A DNA stretch of 64,000 nt. Origin: Bacteroidales bacterium (GTDB lineage: Bacteria > Bacteroidota > Bacteroidia > Bacteroidales > JAADGE01). Location of the stretch: contig JAKISF010000003.1 of assembly GCA_021648725.1 (NCBI GenBank), positions 65,116-129,115 on the forward strand, read 5' to 3'. The notes under the pieces are model-generated. The model was not told where the DNA came from. It saw only the letters and a list, made by a program, of their open reading frames with translations, and ran no database searches. Of this stretch, positions 47,382 to 57,290 are shown in pieces (the first letter of the stretch is position 1; the number at the start of each line of letters is the position of its first letter). The position numbers and the translations under genes were made by a program.

Positions 47382-48905
47382 ATGTCGTATATCATAACAG
47401 GAGCAAATTTAACCATAGAAGATGTTGTAAATGTTGCTCGAAATAATCAAAAAGTGGAATTACATCCGGATGCTTTGGAACGAATAAAAGTTTGCAGAGC
47501 AATGATTGAAAAAAAGATTGAAGCCGGCGAAATCATGTACGGTGTAAATACCGGAATAGGCGAATTTTCAGAAACTATTCTCAACGATGAACAGGTAAAA
47601 GAGTTTCAAAAGTATTTAATTTATAATCATGCAGCGGGTATCGGTGACCCTATGCCTATAGAGTATGTAAGAGGTGCAATGCTGGGAAGAATAAATGTTC
47701 ATGCACACGGTAATTCAGGTATTCGCCCTGAAATAACTCAAACTTTGGTAGAATTATTGAATAAAGGTGTAACTCCTTATGTTTGTCAAAAAGGTTCAGT
47801 TGGTGCATCGGGTGATTTGGCTCCGATGTCGCAAATTGCTTTATTGATGTTGGGCGAAGGAGAAGCTTATTATAAAGGTGAGTTAATGTCCGGAAAAGAA
47901 GCAATGGATAAAGCAGGAATACCTGTTCCGGGACTAAAAGCCAGAGACGGACTGGGAACAATTAACGGTTCAAATGTTTTAACCGCCATGAGTGCAATCT
48001 TTTTATATGATGCAAATAACTGGTTAAAACAAGCCGAAATTGCAGCAGCTATGTCGTTGGAAGCTCTTAAAGCAAATATGAAACCTTATACATCCAGGTT
48101 ACATGAAGTGAGAGGTTTTAAAGGTGCCGTAAGAAGTGCAAAAGCAATTAAAAAGTTAGTTGCAGAAGGTGACTTAGTTTTGGAAAAAGTAGCCCATAAA
48201 GTGCAAGATGCATATTCCATGCGTTCAACTCCGCAGGTTATCGGTGCAGCACACGATGCTATGGCTTATGCACGTTCACAAGTTGAAATTGAATTAAACG
48301 GAGTAGGAGATAACCCGATTTTCTTTCCGGAAGAAGATTTACAAATATCGGGTGCAAATTTCCAAGGTACGCCGGTTTCTGTTCCTATGGATATGGCAGG
48401 CATGTGTATTACAATGATTTCTGTTTTATCTGAAAGACGTATGAATCGATTAAATAATCCTGCTTTAAGTGTTGGCTTACCACCGTTTTTAACAAAAGGT
48501 GCAGGTATGTTCTCCGGTTTAATGCTGAGCCAATATACAGCAGATATGCAAATTACGGAGCAAAGAATTTTATCTGCTCCGGCAAGTATCCTTTCGATTC
48601 CGGCAGCCGCCGACCAAGAAGATTTTGTATCTATGGGAATGAATACAGCAATTAAAAATTTCCAAATATTGGATAATGCTTACGGTATTCTCGGAATTGA
48701 ATTTATGGCAGCAGCACAGGCTCTTGATTTCAGAGAATATAAATTCGGCAGAGGAGTTGCAAAAGCTAAGGAGGTTATTCGAAGATATGTTGAGTTTTTA
48801 GATATTGACAGACCTTTATATAAAGATCATACAAATATGAAAGAACTTGTAAAATCTTGTGAGATTTTGGAAGAAGTTGAAAAAGAAATCGGTTCTTTGG
48901 AATAA
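47382..48905 (+). CDS. hutH: MIO-dependent ammonia-lyase, histidine ammonia-lyase-like
   Basis: The MIO-forming triad sits in GSVGASGDLAPMS. YGVNTGIG is present. The selectivity position reads NH in LIYNHAAG. The start was trimmed from the track GTG (47361) to the ATG giving MSYIITG. Confidence 0.8.
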   Translation: MSYIITGANLTIEDVVNVARNNQKVELHPDALERIKVCRAMIEKKIEAGEIMYGVNTGIGEFSETILNDEQVKEFQKYLIYNHAAGIGDPMPIEYVRGAMLGRINVHAHGNSGIRPEITQTLVELLNKGVTPYVCQKGSVGASGDLAPMSQIALLMLGEGEAYYKGELMSGKEAMDKAGIPVPGLKARDGLGTINGSNVLTAMSAIFLYDANNWLKQAEIAAAMSLEALKANMKPYTSRLHEVRGFKGAVRSAKAIKKLVAEGDLVLEKVAHKVQDAYSMRSTPQVIGAAHDAMAYARSQVEIELNGVGDNPIFFPEEDLQISGANFQGTPVSVPMDMAGMCITMISVLSERRMNRLNNPALSVGLPPFLTKGAGMFSGLMLSQYTADMQITEQRILSAPASILSIPAAADQEDFVSMGMNTAIKNFQILDNAYGILGIEFMAAAQALDFREYKFGRGVAKAKEVIRRYVEFLDIDRPLYKDHTNMKELVKSCEILEEVEKEIGSLE

Positions 48906-48915
48906 AGCAATAAAC

Positions 48916-48948
48916 AACTGTGCTGTATTTCTTCAATATGGCACAGTT
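48916..48948. terminator. hairpin between convergent genes
   Basis: AACTGTGC pairs with GCACAGTT around a 17-nt loop. Confidence 0.4.
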
Positions 48949-49022
48949 GGGGAGTTGTTTCTTAATTTTGCTATAATCTATTCTTGAATATTGGTTCTTT
49001 AATGTTCAAATTGAGACAACTC

Positions 49023-50024
49023 TTACAAAGACACCTTTTTCTCTTTATTAACAATGGGCAATAAAATAATAGAAGCAACACCTACAATTATCATCATAAT
49101 TGTCATTGAGCCGTGAGTTGCAAGTGCAAAAACATATCCGTCTGATTTGCTGACACCAAAAACAAAAAGTGTTTCTATTACTGCAATATGCCAGGAACCT
49201 ATTCCTCCGGGTGACGGAAAAACCATCCCGAAAGCAGACATTACAAATACAGTTAAACCTGCCGTTACAGTTAAATTTTCAGTAAAATCAAAACTCCAAA
49301 AAATAATGTAAATCATTAAAAAATACATTCCCCAAATAAAAACAGAATGAAATATAAATTCAAACTTTCTTTCCATTTTTAATATTGTTTTAATGCCTTC
49401 GGCAAATTGAGAAAAGATGTGTCTTATTTTTTTATATATTTTTAATTTTTTAATTTTTGTTCGATAAACAAACAACAAAACAAAAATTAAAATAAAAAAG
49501 CCTGCAAAAATCACTAAAAAAGGAACGGATGATAATATTCCTTCAATTTTAGATTCGAATTCTGAGTTGCTGAATAAATTAATAATTACTTTCATTTGAG
49601 ACAAAAGAACAATTGCCAACAAAATAAATAACATAATAAAATCAATAACCCTTTCAATAAAAACAGTTCCGAGTAATTTTGTAAAAGGTATTTTTTCTGT
49701 TTTGCTCATTACACCGCATCTTACAACTTCTCCGGAGCGAGGAATTGCCATATTTGATAAATACATTATCATTACAGAAAAAAATGAGTTTATTGTTCTC
49801 GGTTTAAATCCCAGCGGTTTAATTAAAATATTCCAGCGTATTGCTCGGCTTAAATGACTTAAAAGACCTAAAATTAACGATATAACAATCCAAGTATAGT
49901 CGGCTTTTAATAAAGCTATTTTTGTTTTTTCCCAATCTTGGTCTTTTGACACCCATATAAAAATACCGATGCCTACCGAAAAGAAAATAATTATTTTAAG
50001 TATATTTTTGAGTTTCTTATTCAT
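49023..50024 (-). CDS. UPF0104/flippase-like (lysylphosphatidylglycerol-synthase TM-region-like) membrane protein
   Basis: Eight or more TM helices and the SRAIRWNIL motif. Confidence 0.6.
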   Translation of the reverse strand: MNKKLKNILKIIIFFSVGIGIFIWVSKDQDWEKTKIALLKADYTWIVISLILGLLSHLSRAIRWNILIKPLGFKPRTINSFFSVMIMYLSNMAIPRSGEVVRCGVMSKTEKIPFTKLLGTVFIERVIDFIMLFILLAIVLLSQMKVIINLFSNSEFESKIEGILSSVPFLVIFAGFFILIFVLLFVYRTKIKKLKIYKKIRHIFSQFAEGIKTILKMERKFEFIFHSVFIWGMYFLMIYIIFWSFDFTENLTVTAGLTVFVMSAFGMVFPSPGGIGSWHIAVIETLFVFGVSKSDGYVFALATHGSMTIMMIIVGVASIILLPIVNKEKKVSL

Positions 50025-50104
50025 ATCAATTTGAAACTACAAAAATATTTTTTTATTACTTAAGAAAGAATTTAGGTGTAGTTTTTTTTAATATTGAAGA
50101 CATT

Positions 50105-50827
50105 TTAAAGTAATTCGGGGTCATACTTAAGTGTTTTCATAACCATGTCTTTATATGTTCTTCCTATGGGAAGTTCGGTATTATTAATATTTATAATTCG
50201 AGAATTGAATGACTTAACTTTAGCAACAGAAACCACGAATGACTTATGAATTCGAATAAATTCATGGTCTTTGAGTTTTTCTTCAATTTTACTTATGGGA
50301 AGTTTTGTCATTACTGACTTTTCAAGTGTGTGAACTTTGATATACTCCCTAAAACTTTCGAGATACAAAATTTCATCTAAAAATATTTTATGTATTGTTT
50401 TGTCTTCATTAAAATATACAAACTGTTTTCCCGTTTTACCGCCTTCATCAAATATCTGTATTTCTAATCCTTTTTGCTGTTTGTAATATTTATTAATTGC
50501 TTTGTAAAACCGGTCGAAAGAAACGGGTTTCAAAAGATAATCAACAATATCATATTCATATCCTTTTAAGGCATAATCACGATATGCGGTAATAATAATA
50601 ACTTTCGGTTGTTGCTTTAAAGATTTAAGGAAATCGAAGCCTGATACTTTCGGCATTTCAATATCCAAAAAAATCAAATCAACATTTTTTTCGCGAAGTA
50701 TTTTATCTGTTTCGATAGCATTACTGCATTCTGCAACAATTTCAATATCTTTAAAACTTTGCAGATGGTTTTTTATTACTTTTATTGCTAACGGTTCATC
50801 ATCTACTATTATACACTTTGTTTTCAT
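50105..50827 (-). CDS. LytTR-family response regulator
   Basis: Receiver domain (IIVDDEPLA, DLIFLDIEMP) plus a LytTR DNA-binding C-terminus. The start was trimmed to MKTKCII. No kinase gene is adjacent. Confidence 0.85.
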   Translation of the reverse strand: MKTKCIIVDDEPLAIKVIKNHLQSFKDIEIVAECSNAIETDKILREKNVDLIFLDIEMPKVSGFDFLKSLKQQPKVIIITAYRDYALKGYEYDIVDYLLKPVSFDRFYKAINKYYKQQKGLEIQIFDEGGKTGKQFVYFNEDKTIHKIFLDEILYLESFREYIKVHTLEKSVMTKLPISKIEEKLKDHEFIRIHKSFVVSVAKVKSFNSRIININNTELPIGRTYKDMVMKTLKYDPELL

Positions 50828-50961
50828 TATTAATCTTTTTTCAAAGTTAATGAAATTTAAATTAATATTGAAAAAAAATGACAATTAGTTGAACAGACCT
50901 AACGCTCTGTTTAACATCACGTTCAAGTTATTCGTAGAATTATGAGATTATTGCCTAATTT

Positions 50962-52803
50962 TTATTCAACAGTTACTGATTTAGCCAAATTTCTGGGTTG
51001 GTCAACATTGCAACCTCTCATTACCGCAATATGATAAGACAAAAGTTGTAAAGGGACAACAGTAAGCAAGGCAGAAATTGCTTCGTGAGATTTAGGAACT
51101 TCAATAACATGGTCTGCCATACCTCTTATAACTTTATCCCCTTCTGTTACAACGGCAATTACTTTTCCGTTTCGAGCTTTCACTTCTTGAATATTACTTA
51201 CAATTTTATCATAAGAATTATCTTGGGTTGCAATTACAACAACCGGCATATTTTCATCTATTAAAGCAATTGGTCCGTGTTTCATTTCCGCAGCAGGATA
51301 GCCTTCGGCATGAATGTAAGAAATTTCTTTAAGTTTTAAAGCTCCTTCAAGTGCAACAGGAAATAAGAAACCTCTTCCCAAGTATAAAAAGTTGCTTGCA
51401 TCTTTATATAATTCTGCAATTTCTTTAATTAACTTATCCGATTTTAAGATTTCCTCAACTTTACCGGGAACATCTGTAAGCTCTTTTATCAGCTCTAAAT
51501 TTTCTGTTTCGGAAAGACTGTTGTTTGCTTTCCCCAAAATCATAGCCATCATTGTAAGAACAGTTACTTGTGCAGTAAATGCTTTTGTAGAAGCAACTCC
51601 TATTTCCGGTCCGGCATGAGTATATACTCCTGCATGAGTTTCTCTCGGAATACTGGAACCAACCACATTACATATACCCAATACAGTTGCTCCTGCTTCT
51701 TTTGCAATATTTATTGCAGCTAATGTGTCAGCAGTTTCTCCGCTCTGACTTATTGCAATAACAACATCCTCTTCAAAAATTATCGGTTTTCTGTATCTGA
51801 ACTCTGAACCGTATTCAACTTCAACAGGTATTCTTGCAAAGGTTTCAAACAAATATTCAGCAACTAATCCTGCGTGCCATGAAGTTCCGCAAGCAATAAT
51901 AATTATTCTTTTTGCTTTTTCAAGCTTCGGCATAACTTCGTGCAACCCTCCCAGCCTTATTTCTGAGAAATCTGCTGCTACGCGTCCTCTGAATGTATCA
52001 AGAATAGATTTCGGTTGTTCAAATATTTCTTTAAGCATAAAATGCTCATATCCGTTTTTTTCAATTGAACCTATATCCATTGTTAATTTTTGAATTAAGG
52101 GTTCAAGCTTATCATTATCAATAGTTTTTAGAGTCAGTTCATTTTTTTTAATTACAGCAACATTATCATTGTTTAAATAAATAACGCTGTCTGTATATTC
52201 AATAATAGGTGTTGCATCTGATGCAATAAAATATTCACCGTCTCCTATTCCTATAACCAAAGGGCTGCCCTTTCTGGCTGCAATTAGTTTATCCGGTTCA
52301 TCTTTTGCAATAATTACAATGCCGTATGCTCCTATAACTTTTGATAGGGCAAGTCTTACGGCTTGTTCGGCATCAATACTTCCTTTTGCTTTTATATATA
52401 TATATTCTATTAGGTTTGCTAAAACTTCTGTATCTGTCTTGCTGACAAAGCTGTAACCCCTGTCTTCAAGTCTTCTTTTTATCCGAGAATAATTTTCAAT
52501 AATTCCGTTATGAATAACTGTAAATTTTCCGTTTTGAGAAGTATGCGGATGTGCATTCGCATCATTAGGTTCACCGTGGGTTGCCCAGCGAGTATGCCCT
52601 ATACCTATTGTTCCTGTTGCATCATTGTCTTGAACCATATCAACAAGATCCTGAACTTTACCTTTTTTCTTATAAATCTTTGTAGAACTCCCGACAATTG
52701 CAACTCCTGCAGAATCGTAACCTCTGTATTCTAATCTTTTTAAACCGTTAATTAATATTGGGTAAGCATCTCTATCTCCGATATAACCGACAATTCCGCA
52801 CAT
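50962..52803 (-). CDS. glmS: glutamine--fructose-6-phosphate aminotransferase
   Basis: The N-terminal MCGIVGYIG carries the Cys nucleophile. Two SIS domains follow, and the C-terminus is ...AKSVTVE. Confidence 0.95.
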   Translation of the reverse strand: MCGIVGYIGDRDAYPILINGLKRLEYRGYDSAGVAIVGSSTKIYKKKGKVQDLVDMVQDNDATGTIGIGHTRWATHGEPNDANAHPHTSQNGKFTVIHNGIIENYSRIKRRLEDRGYSFVSKTDTEVLANLIEYIYIKAKGSIDAEQAVRLALSKVIGAYGIVIIAKDEPDKLIAARKGSPLVIGIGDGEYFIASDATPIIEYTDSVIYLNNDNVAVIKKNELTLKTIDNDKLEPLIQKLTMDIGSIEKNGYEHFMLKEIFEQPKSILDTFRGRVAADFSEIRLGGLHEVMPKLEKAKRIIIIACGTSWHAGLVAEYLFETFARIPVEVEYGSEFRYRKPIIFEEDVVIAISQSGETADTLAAINIAKEAGATVLGICNVVGSSIPRETHAGVYTHAGPEIGVASTKAFTAQVTVLTMMAMILGKANNSLSETENLELIKELTDVPGKVEEILKSDKLIKEIAELYKDASNFLYLGRGFLFPVALEGALKLKEISYIHAEGYPAAEMKHGPIALIDENMPVVVIATQDNSYDKIVSNIQEVKARNGKVIAVVTEGDKVIRGMADHVIEVPKSHEAISALLTVVPLQLLSYHIAVMRGCNVDQPRNLAKSVTVE

Positions 52804-52832
52804 AGTTTTTAGTTAAATTAATAAAGAGATTT

Positions 52833-54092
52833 TTAAAGTTTGGAAAAAGTAATGTATAGTTTCATCCTGTCTGAATGATTTCCGGTTGTTATAACAGAAC
52901 GTTCAAAGTTAGAACTTCCGGAGTAGGCAAAAAGTAATAATCCGTTGTTTTCAATTTTCCCGTCTAATATATCTCTAATATATCCTCCTATTTCAAAACT
53001 GTAAGAGTTTTCATTTACAGCTACACCTATATACCCACCGGTTGCAGATGTATATTCCGGCAATAAATAATATTCATTCTCAGGATCGTATCCCGCCAAC
53101 ATCATATCTTTTATTACAGGATAATCCGGCTCGCTTGTTAATGAAGAAGGTGCGGTATTAATTACAAGTTGTGCTCGGTAAATTGCTATATCTCCTAATT
53201 CATTCAATTGTTCAATAAAGGGAAATATAATCTTTGTTCTTAAACCGCCCATTGCTTGAACATAGGCAACAGAATCTTGCAAAGAAGTTTCATCTCCTAT
53301 TTGACTATAAAAACTTGTAGTGCTATAATCATGCTCAAACATATTAAATCTTACATTTGAACTTAAATCAGCAGAAACAATAAATGTGTCTTTTACTGCC
53401 CCAAGGCTTGAATAAACAGTTATAACAGACTCTTCCCTTAAATCAATTTTTAAAATTGTTCCGTCATTATCCTGAATTTCAGAAGTAACATATATTCCTT
53501 TTAAAAAACTCTTAAAATCATCATTTGTAGAAATATCGTCAGGCACAGATTGAAACTCATCAGCAAAAGCTTGGGTTAATTCAATATCAATTGTACGATT
53601 TATTGTGTCAAGGTTTACAGCTTTTTGTCCTATTATTGTTCCGTCTAAGAAATCAACAGGGTCATAATCAGCAAAGTATGTTGAATCTTCATAAATAATA
53701 ACCGGTATTCTGTACAATTTAATATTATGTACTCCGGAAATGTTTCCGTAATAAGGTGTAACGGTATCTAATGTTAATGTCAAAACAACTTTATCTATTG
53801 AATAACTTGAAGTGTACTTCGGGTCATCAACCAATCCGTATTGACAAACAAAGCCGGCTTTAGTATAACCGAAAACAGGATCTATATACTCCCCGAAAAG
53901 AAGTTTGCCAACATTATTTGTTGACATTGAATCCATTAAGAGAGTATATACTTCTATTGAAGTAGTATCAATAATATTTATATCAAGAATGTCATCTTCG
54001 GGTAAAACATCAATCCCGATATCTGTTTTTGTTTCACATGATGTAACAGACAAAAAAATTCCTGCTACAATAAAATATATGATTTTTTTCAT
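52833..54092 (-). CDS. DUF4270-like lipoprotein
   Basis: Has a lipobox (SVTSC). Its position between glmS and the short glycogen-synthase-like gene is typical of Bacteroidota. Confidence 0.5.
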   Translation of the reverse strand: MKKIIYFIVAGIFLSVTSCETKTDIGIDVLPEDDILDINIIDTTSIEVYTLLMDSMSTNNVGKLLFGEYIDPVFGYTKAGFVCQYGLVDDPKYTSSYSIDKVVLTLTLDTVTPYYGNISGVHNIKLYRIPVIIYEDSTYFADYDPVDFLDGTIIGQKAVNLDTINRTIDIELTQAFADEFQSVPDDISTNDDFKSFLKGIYVTSEIQDNDGTILKIDLREESVITVYSSLGAVKDTFIVSADLSSNVRFNMFEHDYSTTSFYSQIGDETSLQDSVAYVQAMGGLRTKIIFPFIEQLNELGDIAIYRAQLVINTAPSSLTSEPDYPVIKDMMLAGYDPENEYYLLPEYTSATGGYIGVAVNENSYSFEIGGYIRDILDGKIENNGLLLFAYSGSSNFERSVITTGNHSDRMKLYITFSKL

Positions 54093-54172
54093 TATTTGCT
54101 TTTAAAAGATATTGTGTATTTCAAACGAATATTAAACGTAAAAATAATTTATCCGGTATGTATAGAAAAGAT

Positions 54173-54979
54173 TTAACTTAATATGGAGTTATAAAAATCA
54201 TTATAAGCATTCAAGTATTCATCTTTGTTGTGGTAATTTAAGAAATCTTTCTTTGAAGATTTAACATATTTTGATAAATTACCGTCAATCTCTTCGTTTC
54301 CTTGAATAACAGCATCTGAATAATCTATTGCCATTTTTTGAAGATTTAAATAATTTGCCGGTGATAACTTTTTAATATCAGATTGTTTAATACCGTCATA
54401 CTCTAATTTCTTTTTAACAGAACTGCTGAGGGTACCTTCAAATGCATCATTATAAATTGAATAAATTACTTTTGAGTTTTCAAAAAGAGGATCGTCTTTA
54501 TATGATTTCTTTATGAATAAGGGTACAAGTGCCGACATCCATCCGTGACAATGAATAATATCGGGAGTCCATCTTAACTTTTTAATAATCTCAATCGCAC
54601 CTCTTCCGAAAAAAATCATTCGTTCATCATTATCCTCAAACAACTTTCCTTCATCATCCGTAAGAATTGCCTTTCTTTTGAAAAACTCTTCATTGTCAAT
54701 AAAATAAACTTGCATCCTTGCTTGTTGAATCGAAGTTACTTTGATTATTAAAAAATGATCTGTATCATCAATTATTACATTCATTCCTGATAACCGGATA
54801 ACTTCGTGCAACTGGTTTCTTCTTTCGTTAATTGTTCCGAAACGAGGCATAAATACTCTTACTTCCTTTCCTTTTTCTTGAATTCCTTGTGGCAAATATC
54901 TGCTGATATATGACATTTCTGTCTCGGGTAAGAAAGGCATTATCTCCTGAGAAATATATAGAATTTTTTTATTTTCCAT
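54173..54979 (-). CDS. short glycogen/starch-synthase-like protein (Glyco_transf_5 N-domain only)
   Basis: KILYISQEIMPF...VRVFMPRFG matches a GlgA N-terminus. The start was trimmed to MENKKIL. Confidence 0.7.
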   Translation of the reverse strand: MENKKILYISQEIMPFLPETEMSYISRYLPQGIQEKGKEVRVFMPRFGTINERRNQLHEVIRLSGMNVIIDDTDHFLIIKVTSIQQARMQVYFIDNEEFFKRKAILTDDEGKLFEDNDERMIFFGRGAIEIIKKLRWTPDIIHCHGWMSALVPLFIKKSYKDDPLFENSKVIYSIYNDAFEGTLSSSVKKKLEYDGIKQSDIKKLSPANYLNLQKMAIDYSDAVIQGNEEIDGNLSKYVKSSKKDFLNYHNKDEYLNAYNDFYNSILS

Positions 54980-55117
54980 AAAAAAACAACACTTGGGGTT
55001 TGTATAATTCTGCAAATATACAATAATTCCTGTTTTTTATCAATACTAATTATAAAAACCTATTTTTTTTCTTATTATTGCAAAATACAATAAGTATCAA
55101 ACAAATAGATAATTCTT

Positions 55118-55960
55118 ATGTTCAAAGCAAGAACTGTAAAGGAGTTAAACAAAGTACTCAAAGAACTGAAAAGCAATGAAAAACAAATCGGTTTTGTTCC
55201 TACAATGGGTGCATTACACCACGGACATCTTTCTCTTATAAAATGTTCAAAAGAAAATAATGATATTACAATAGCCAGCATATTTGTTAATCCGACTCAG
55301 TTTAACAATAAAAATGATTTAAAAAAATATCCGAGAGAGGAGCAACAAGACATTATAAAATTAGAACAAGCGGGATGCGATATTGTTTTTATTCCTTCGA
55401 CAGAAGAAATGTATCCCGGTAAAAAAGAAAAAAAATATGACTTTAACGGCTTAGATAAGGTTATGGAAGGAAAATACAGAGAAGGACATTTTAACGGTGT
55501 AGCGCAAATTGTTTCTAAACTTTTTAAAATTGTTAAACCTGACAATTCATATTTCGGACAAAAAGATTTCCAACAAGTTGCAATAATAAACTATTTAAAC
55601 GAAAATTATTTGCAACATTTAAATATCAATGTAATATCTTGCAATATTATAAGGGAAGAAGACGGTTTAGCCATGAGCTCCAGAAACAAACTTTTAAGTC
55701 CTGACCACAGAAATGCAGCACCTCTAATCCAAAATGTTCTGTTAAAGTATAAAAAGCAACATCAAAAACACTCAGTAAGTGAATTAGTGAGGCTTATTGA
55801 GGAGGAGATAAACAGCAACACCCTTTTAAAAGTTGAATATATTGATATTGTTGATAATAAAACATTGAAAACTGTAAATAAAATTAAAGAAGGCGAAACA
55901 ACAGCGTGCATTGCAGTATTTGCAGGAGAAGTTCGTTTAATTGACAATATATCTTTTTGA
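55118..55960 (+). CDS. panC: pantoate--beta-alanine ligase
   Basis: Motifs VPTMGALHHGHLSL and FGQKDFQQ. Confidence 0.95.
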   Translation: MFKARTVKELNKVLKELKSNEKQIGFVPTMGALHHGHLSLIKCSKENNDITIASIFVNPTQFNNKNDLKKYPREEQQDIIKLEQAGCDIVFIPSTEEMYPGKKEKKYDFNGLDKVMEGKYREGHFNGVAQIVSKLFKIVKPDNSYFGQKDFQQVAIINYLNENYLQHLNINVISCNIIREEDGLAMSSRNKLLSPDHRNAAPLIQNVLLKYKKQHQKHSVSELVRLIEEEINSNTLLKVEYIDIVDNKTLKTVNKIKEGETTACIAVFAGEVRLIDNISF

Positions 55961-55975
55961 TACACAAATATTATT

Positions 55976-57211
55976 ATGAGAAATAAATTAAAAATAATAA
56001 ACGACCCCGTTTACGGCTTTATCAATATTCCGTCTGAATTAATTTTTGACATTATCCAACATCCTTATTTCCAAAGATTAAAGAGGCTTAAACAGTTGGG
56101 TTTATCATATTATGTTTATCCCGGGGCAACCCACACCAGATTTGAACATGTATTAGGGGTTATGCACCTAATAAGCATTGCATTAAGAGAACTTGAAAAA
56201 AAAGGACAAAATATTTCGGAAGAAGAAAAAGAAGCTGTTCTTATTGCAGGGTTGATGCACGATATCGGTCACGGCCCTTTTTCTCATACACTTGAAGGCT
56301 CTTTTATTAAAGGAGTAAACCACGAAAAGTTAACTCTCCTTTTTATGGAAGAAATAAACAAGCAACTAAAAAATAAATTATCTCTCGGTATAAAAGTATT
56401 TAAGAATGAATATAAAAAGAAATTTCTTCACAGTTTAATAGCAAGCCAGCTTGACATGGACAGATTAGACTATTTAAAAAGAGACAGTTTTTATTCCGGA
56501 GTTACAGAAGGTGTAATAGGTTCTGACAGAATTATTAAAATGTTAAAAGTGGTTAATGATGAACTTGCTGTTGAAGAAAAAGGAATATATTCGGTTGAGC
56601 AATTTATTGTTGCTCGAAGAATAATGTACTGGCAAGTGTATCTTCATAAAACAGTAATTGCTGCGGAAGAAATGCTGAAAAGAGCAATAATAAAAGCAAA
56701 GCAAGAATATTATAAAAAAGGAGTATTTACTACACCTGCTTTAGAGTACTTTTTCAAAACAGACTTTTCAAACATAAATAATGATTCGGGTAAAATGTCC
56801 GCAACTCTAAATAATTTTGCTATGCTTGACGATTCAGACATAATTGTTTCTTTAAAAGGATGGATAAATCATACGGATACAACATTGTCAATATTGAGCA
56901 AAGGAGTTATAAACAGAGATTTGTTCGAAATTGAAATCAGTTATAAAAAATTCGGTTCTGATAAAATTAAACGAATAAAAGAAAAAATTAAGTCAAAATA
57001 CAATGTAAAAGATGAAGATACAGATTTCTTAGTATTCACAGACATTATAAAAAACAAAGCATACAGCACTGAAAATGATGTACAAATTAACATCTTATTA
57101 AATTCAGGGGAAATTTCGGATATTGCAAAAGCCTCTGACCTGTCAAATATAAATGCCTTATCAAAAACTGTTGAAAAATATTACTTGTGTTATCCGAAAG
57201 ATTTAATCTGA
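55976..57211 (+). CDS. HD-domain phosphohydrolase (dGTPase/SAMHD1-like)
   Basis: Motifs HTRFEHVLGV, LMHDIGHGPFSH and DMDRLDYLKRD. Confidence 0.8.
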   Translation: MRNKLKIINDPVYGFINIPSELIFDIIQHPYFQRLKRLKQLGLSYYVYPGATHTRFEHVLGVMHLISIALRELEKKGQNISEEEKEAVLIAGLMHDIGHGPFSHTLEGSFIKGVNHEKLTLLFMEEINKQLKNKLSLGIKVFKNEYKKKFLHSLIASQLDMDRLDYLKRDSFYSGVTEGVIGSDRIIKMLKVVNDELAVEEKGIYSVEQFIVARRIMYWQVYLHKTVIAAEEMLKRAIIKAKQEYYKKGVFTTPALEYFFKTDFSNINNDSGKMSATLNNFAMLDDSDIIVSLKGWINHTDTTLSILSKGVINRDLFEIEISYKKFGSDKIKRIKEKIKSKYNVKDEDTDFLVFTDIIKNKAYSTENDVQINILLNSGEISDIAKASDLSNINALSKTVEKYYLCYPKDLI

Positions 57212-57269
57212 GAATTTCAATATGTTATCAAAAAAAGAAGGTAAAATCTTAAAATTTGTTAAAAAATAT

Positions 57270-57277
57270 TAAATTTG
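57270..57277 (+). promoter_or_regulatory. -7 promoter box TAAATTTG
   Basis: TAnnTTTG match 13 nt upstream of lpxD. Confidence 0.4.
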
Positions 57278-57290
57278 TAAAAAAATAGAA

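Noticed and set aside
54173-54979. Glycogen-synthase-like gene only about half the length of GlgA, which raised the possibility of a pseudogene.
   Set aside because: The ORF is intact. The short form next to panC and a DUF4270 gene is, to my knowledge, a conserved Bacteroidota arrangement rather than a truncation.
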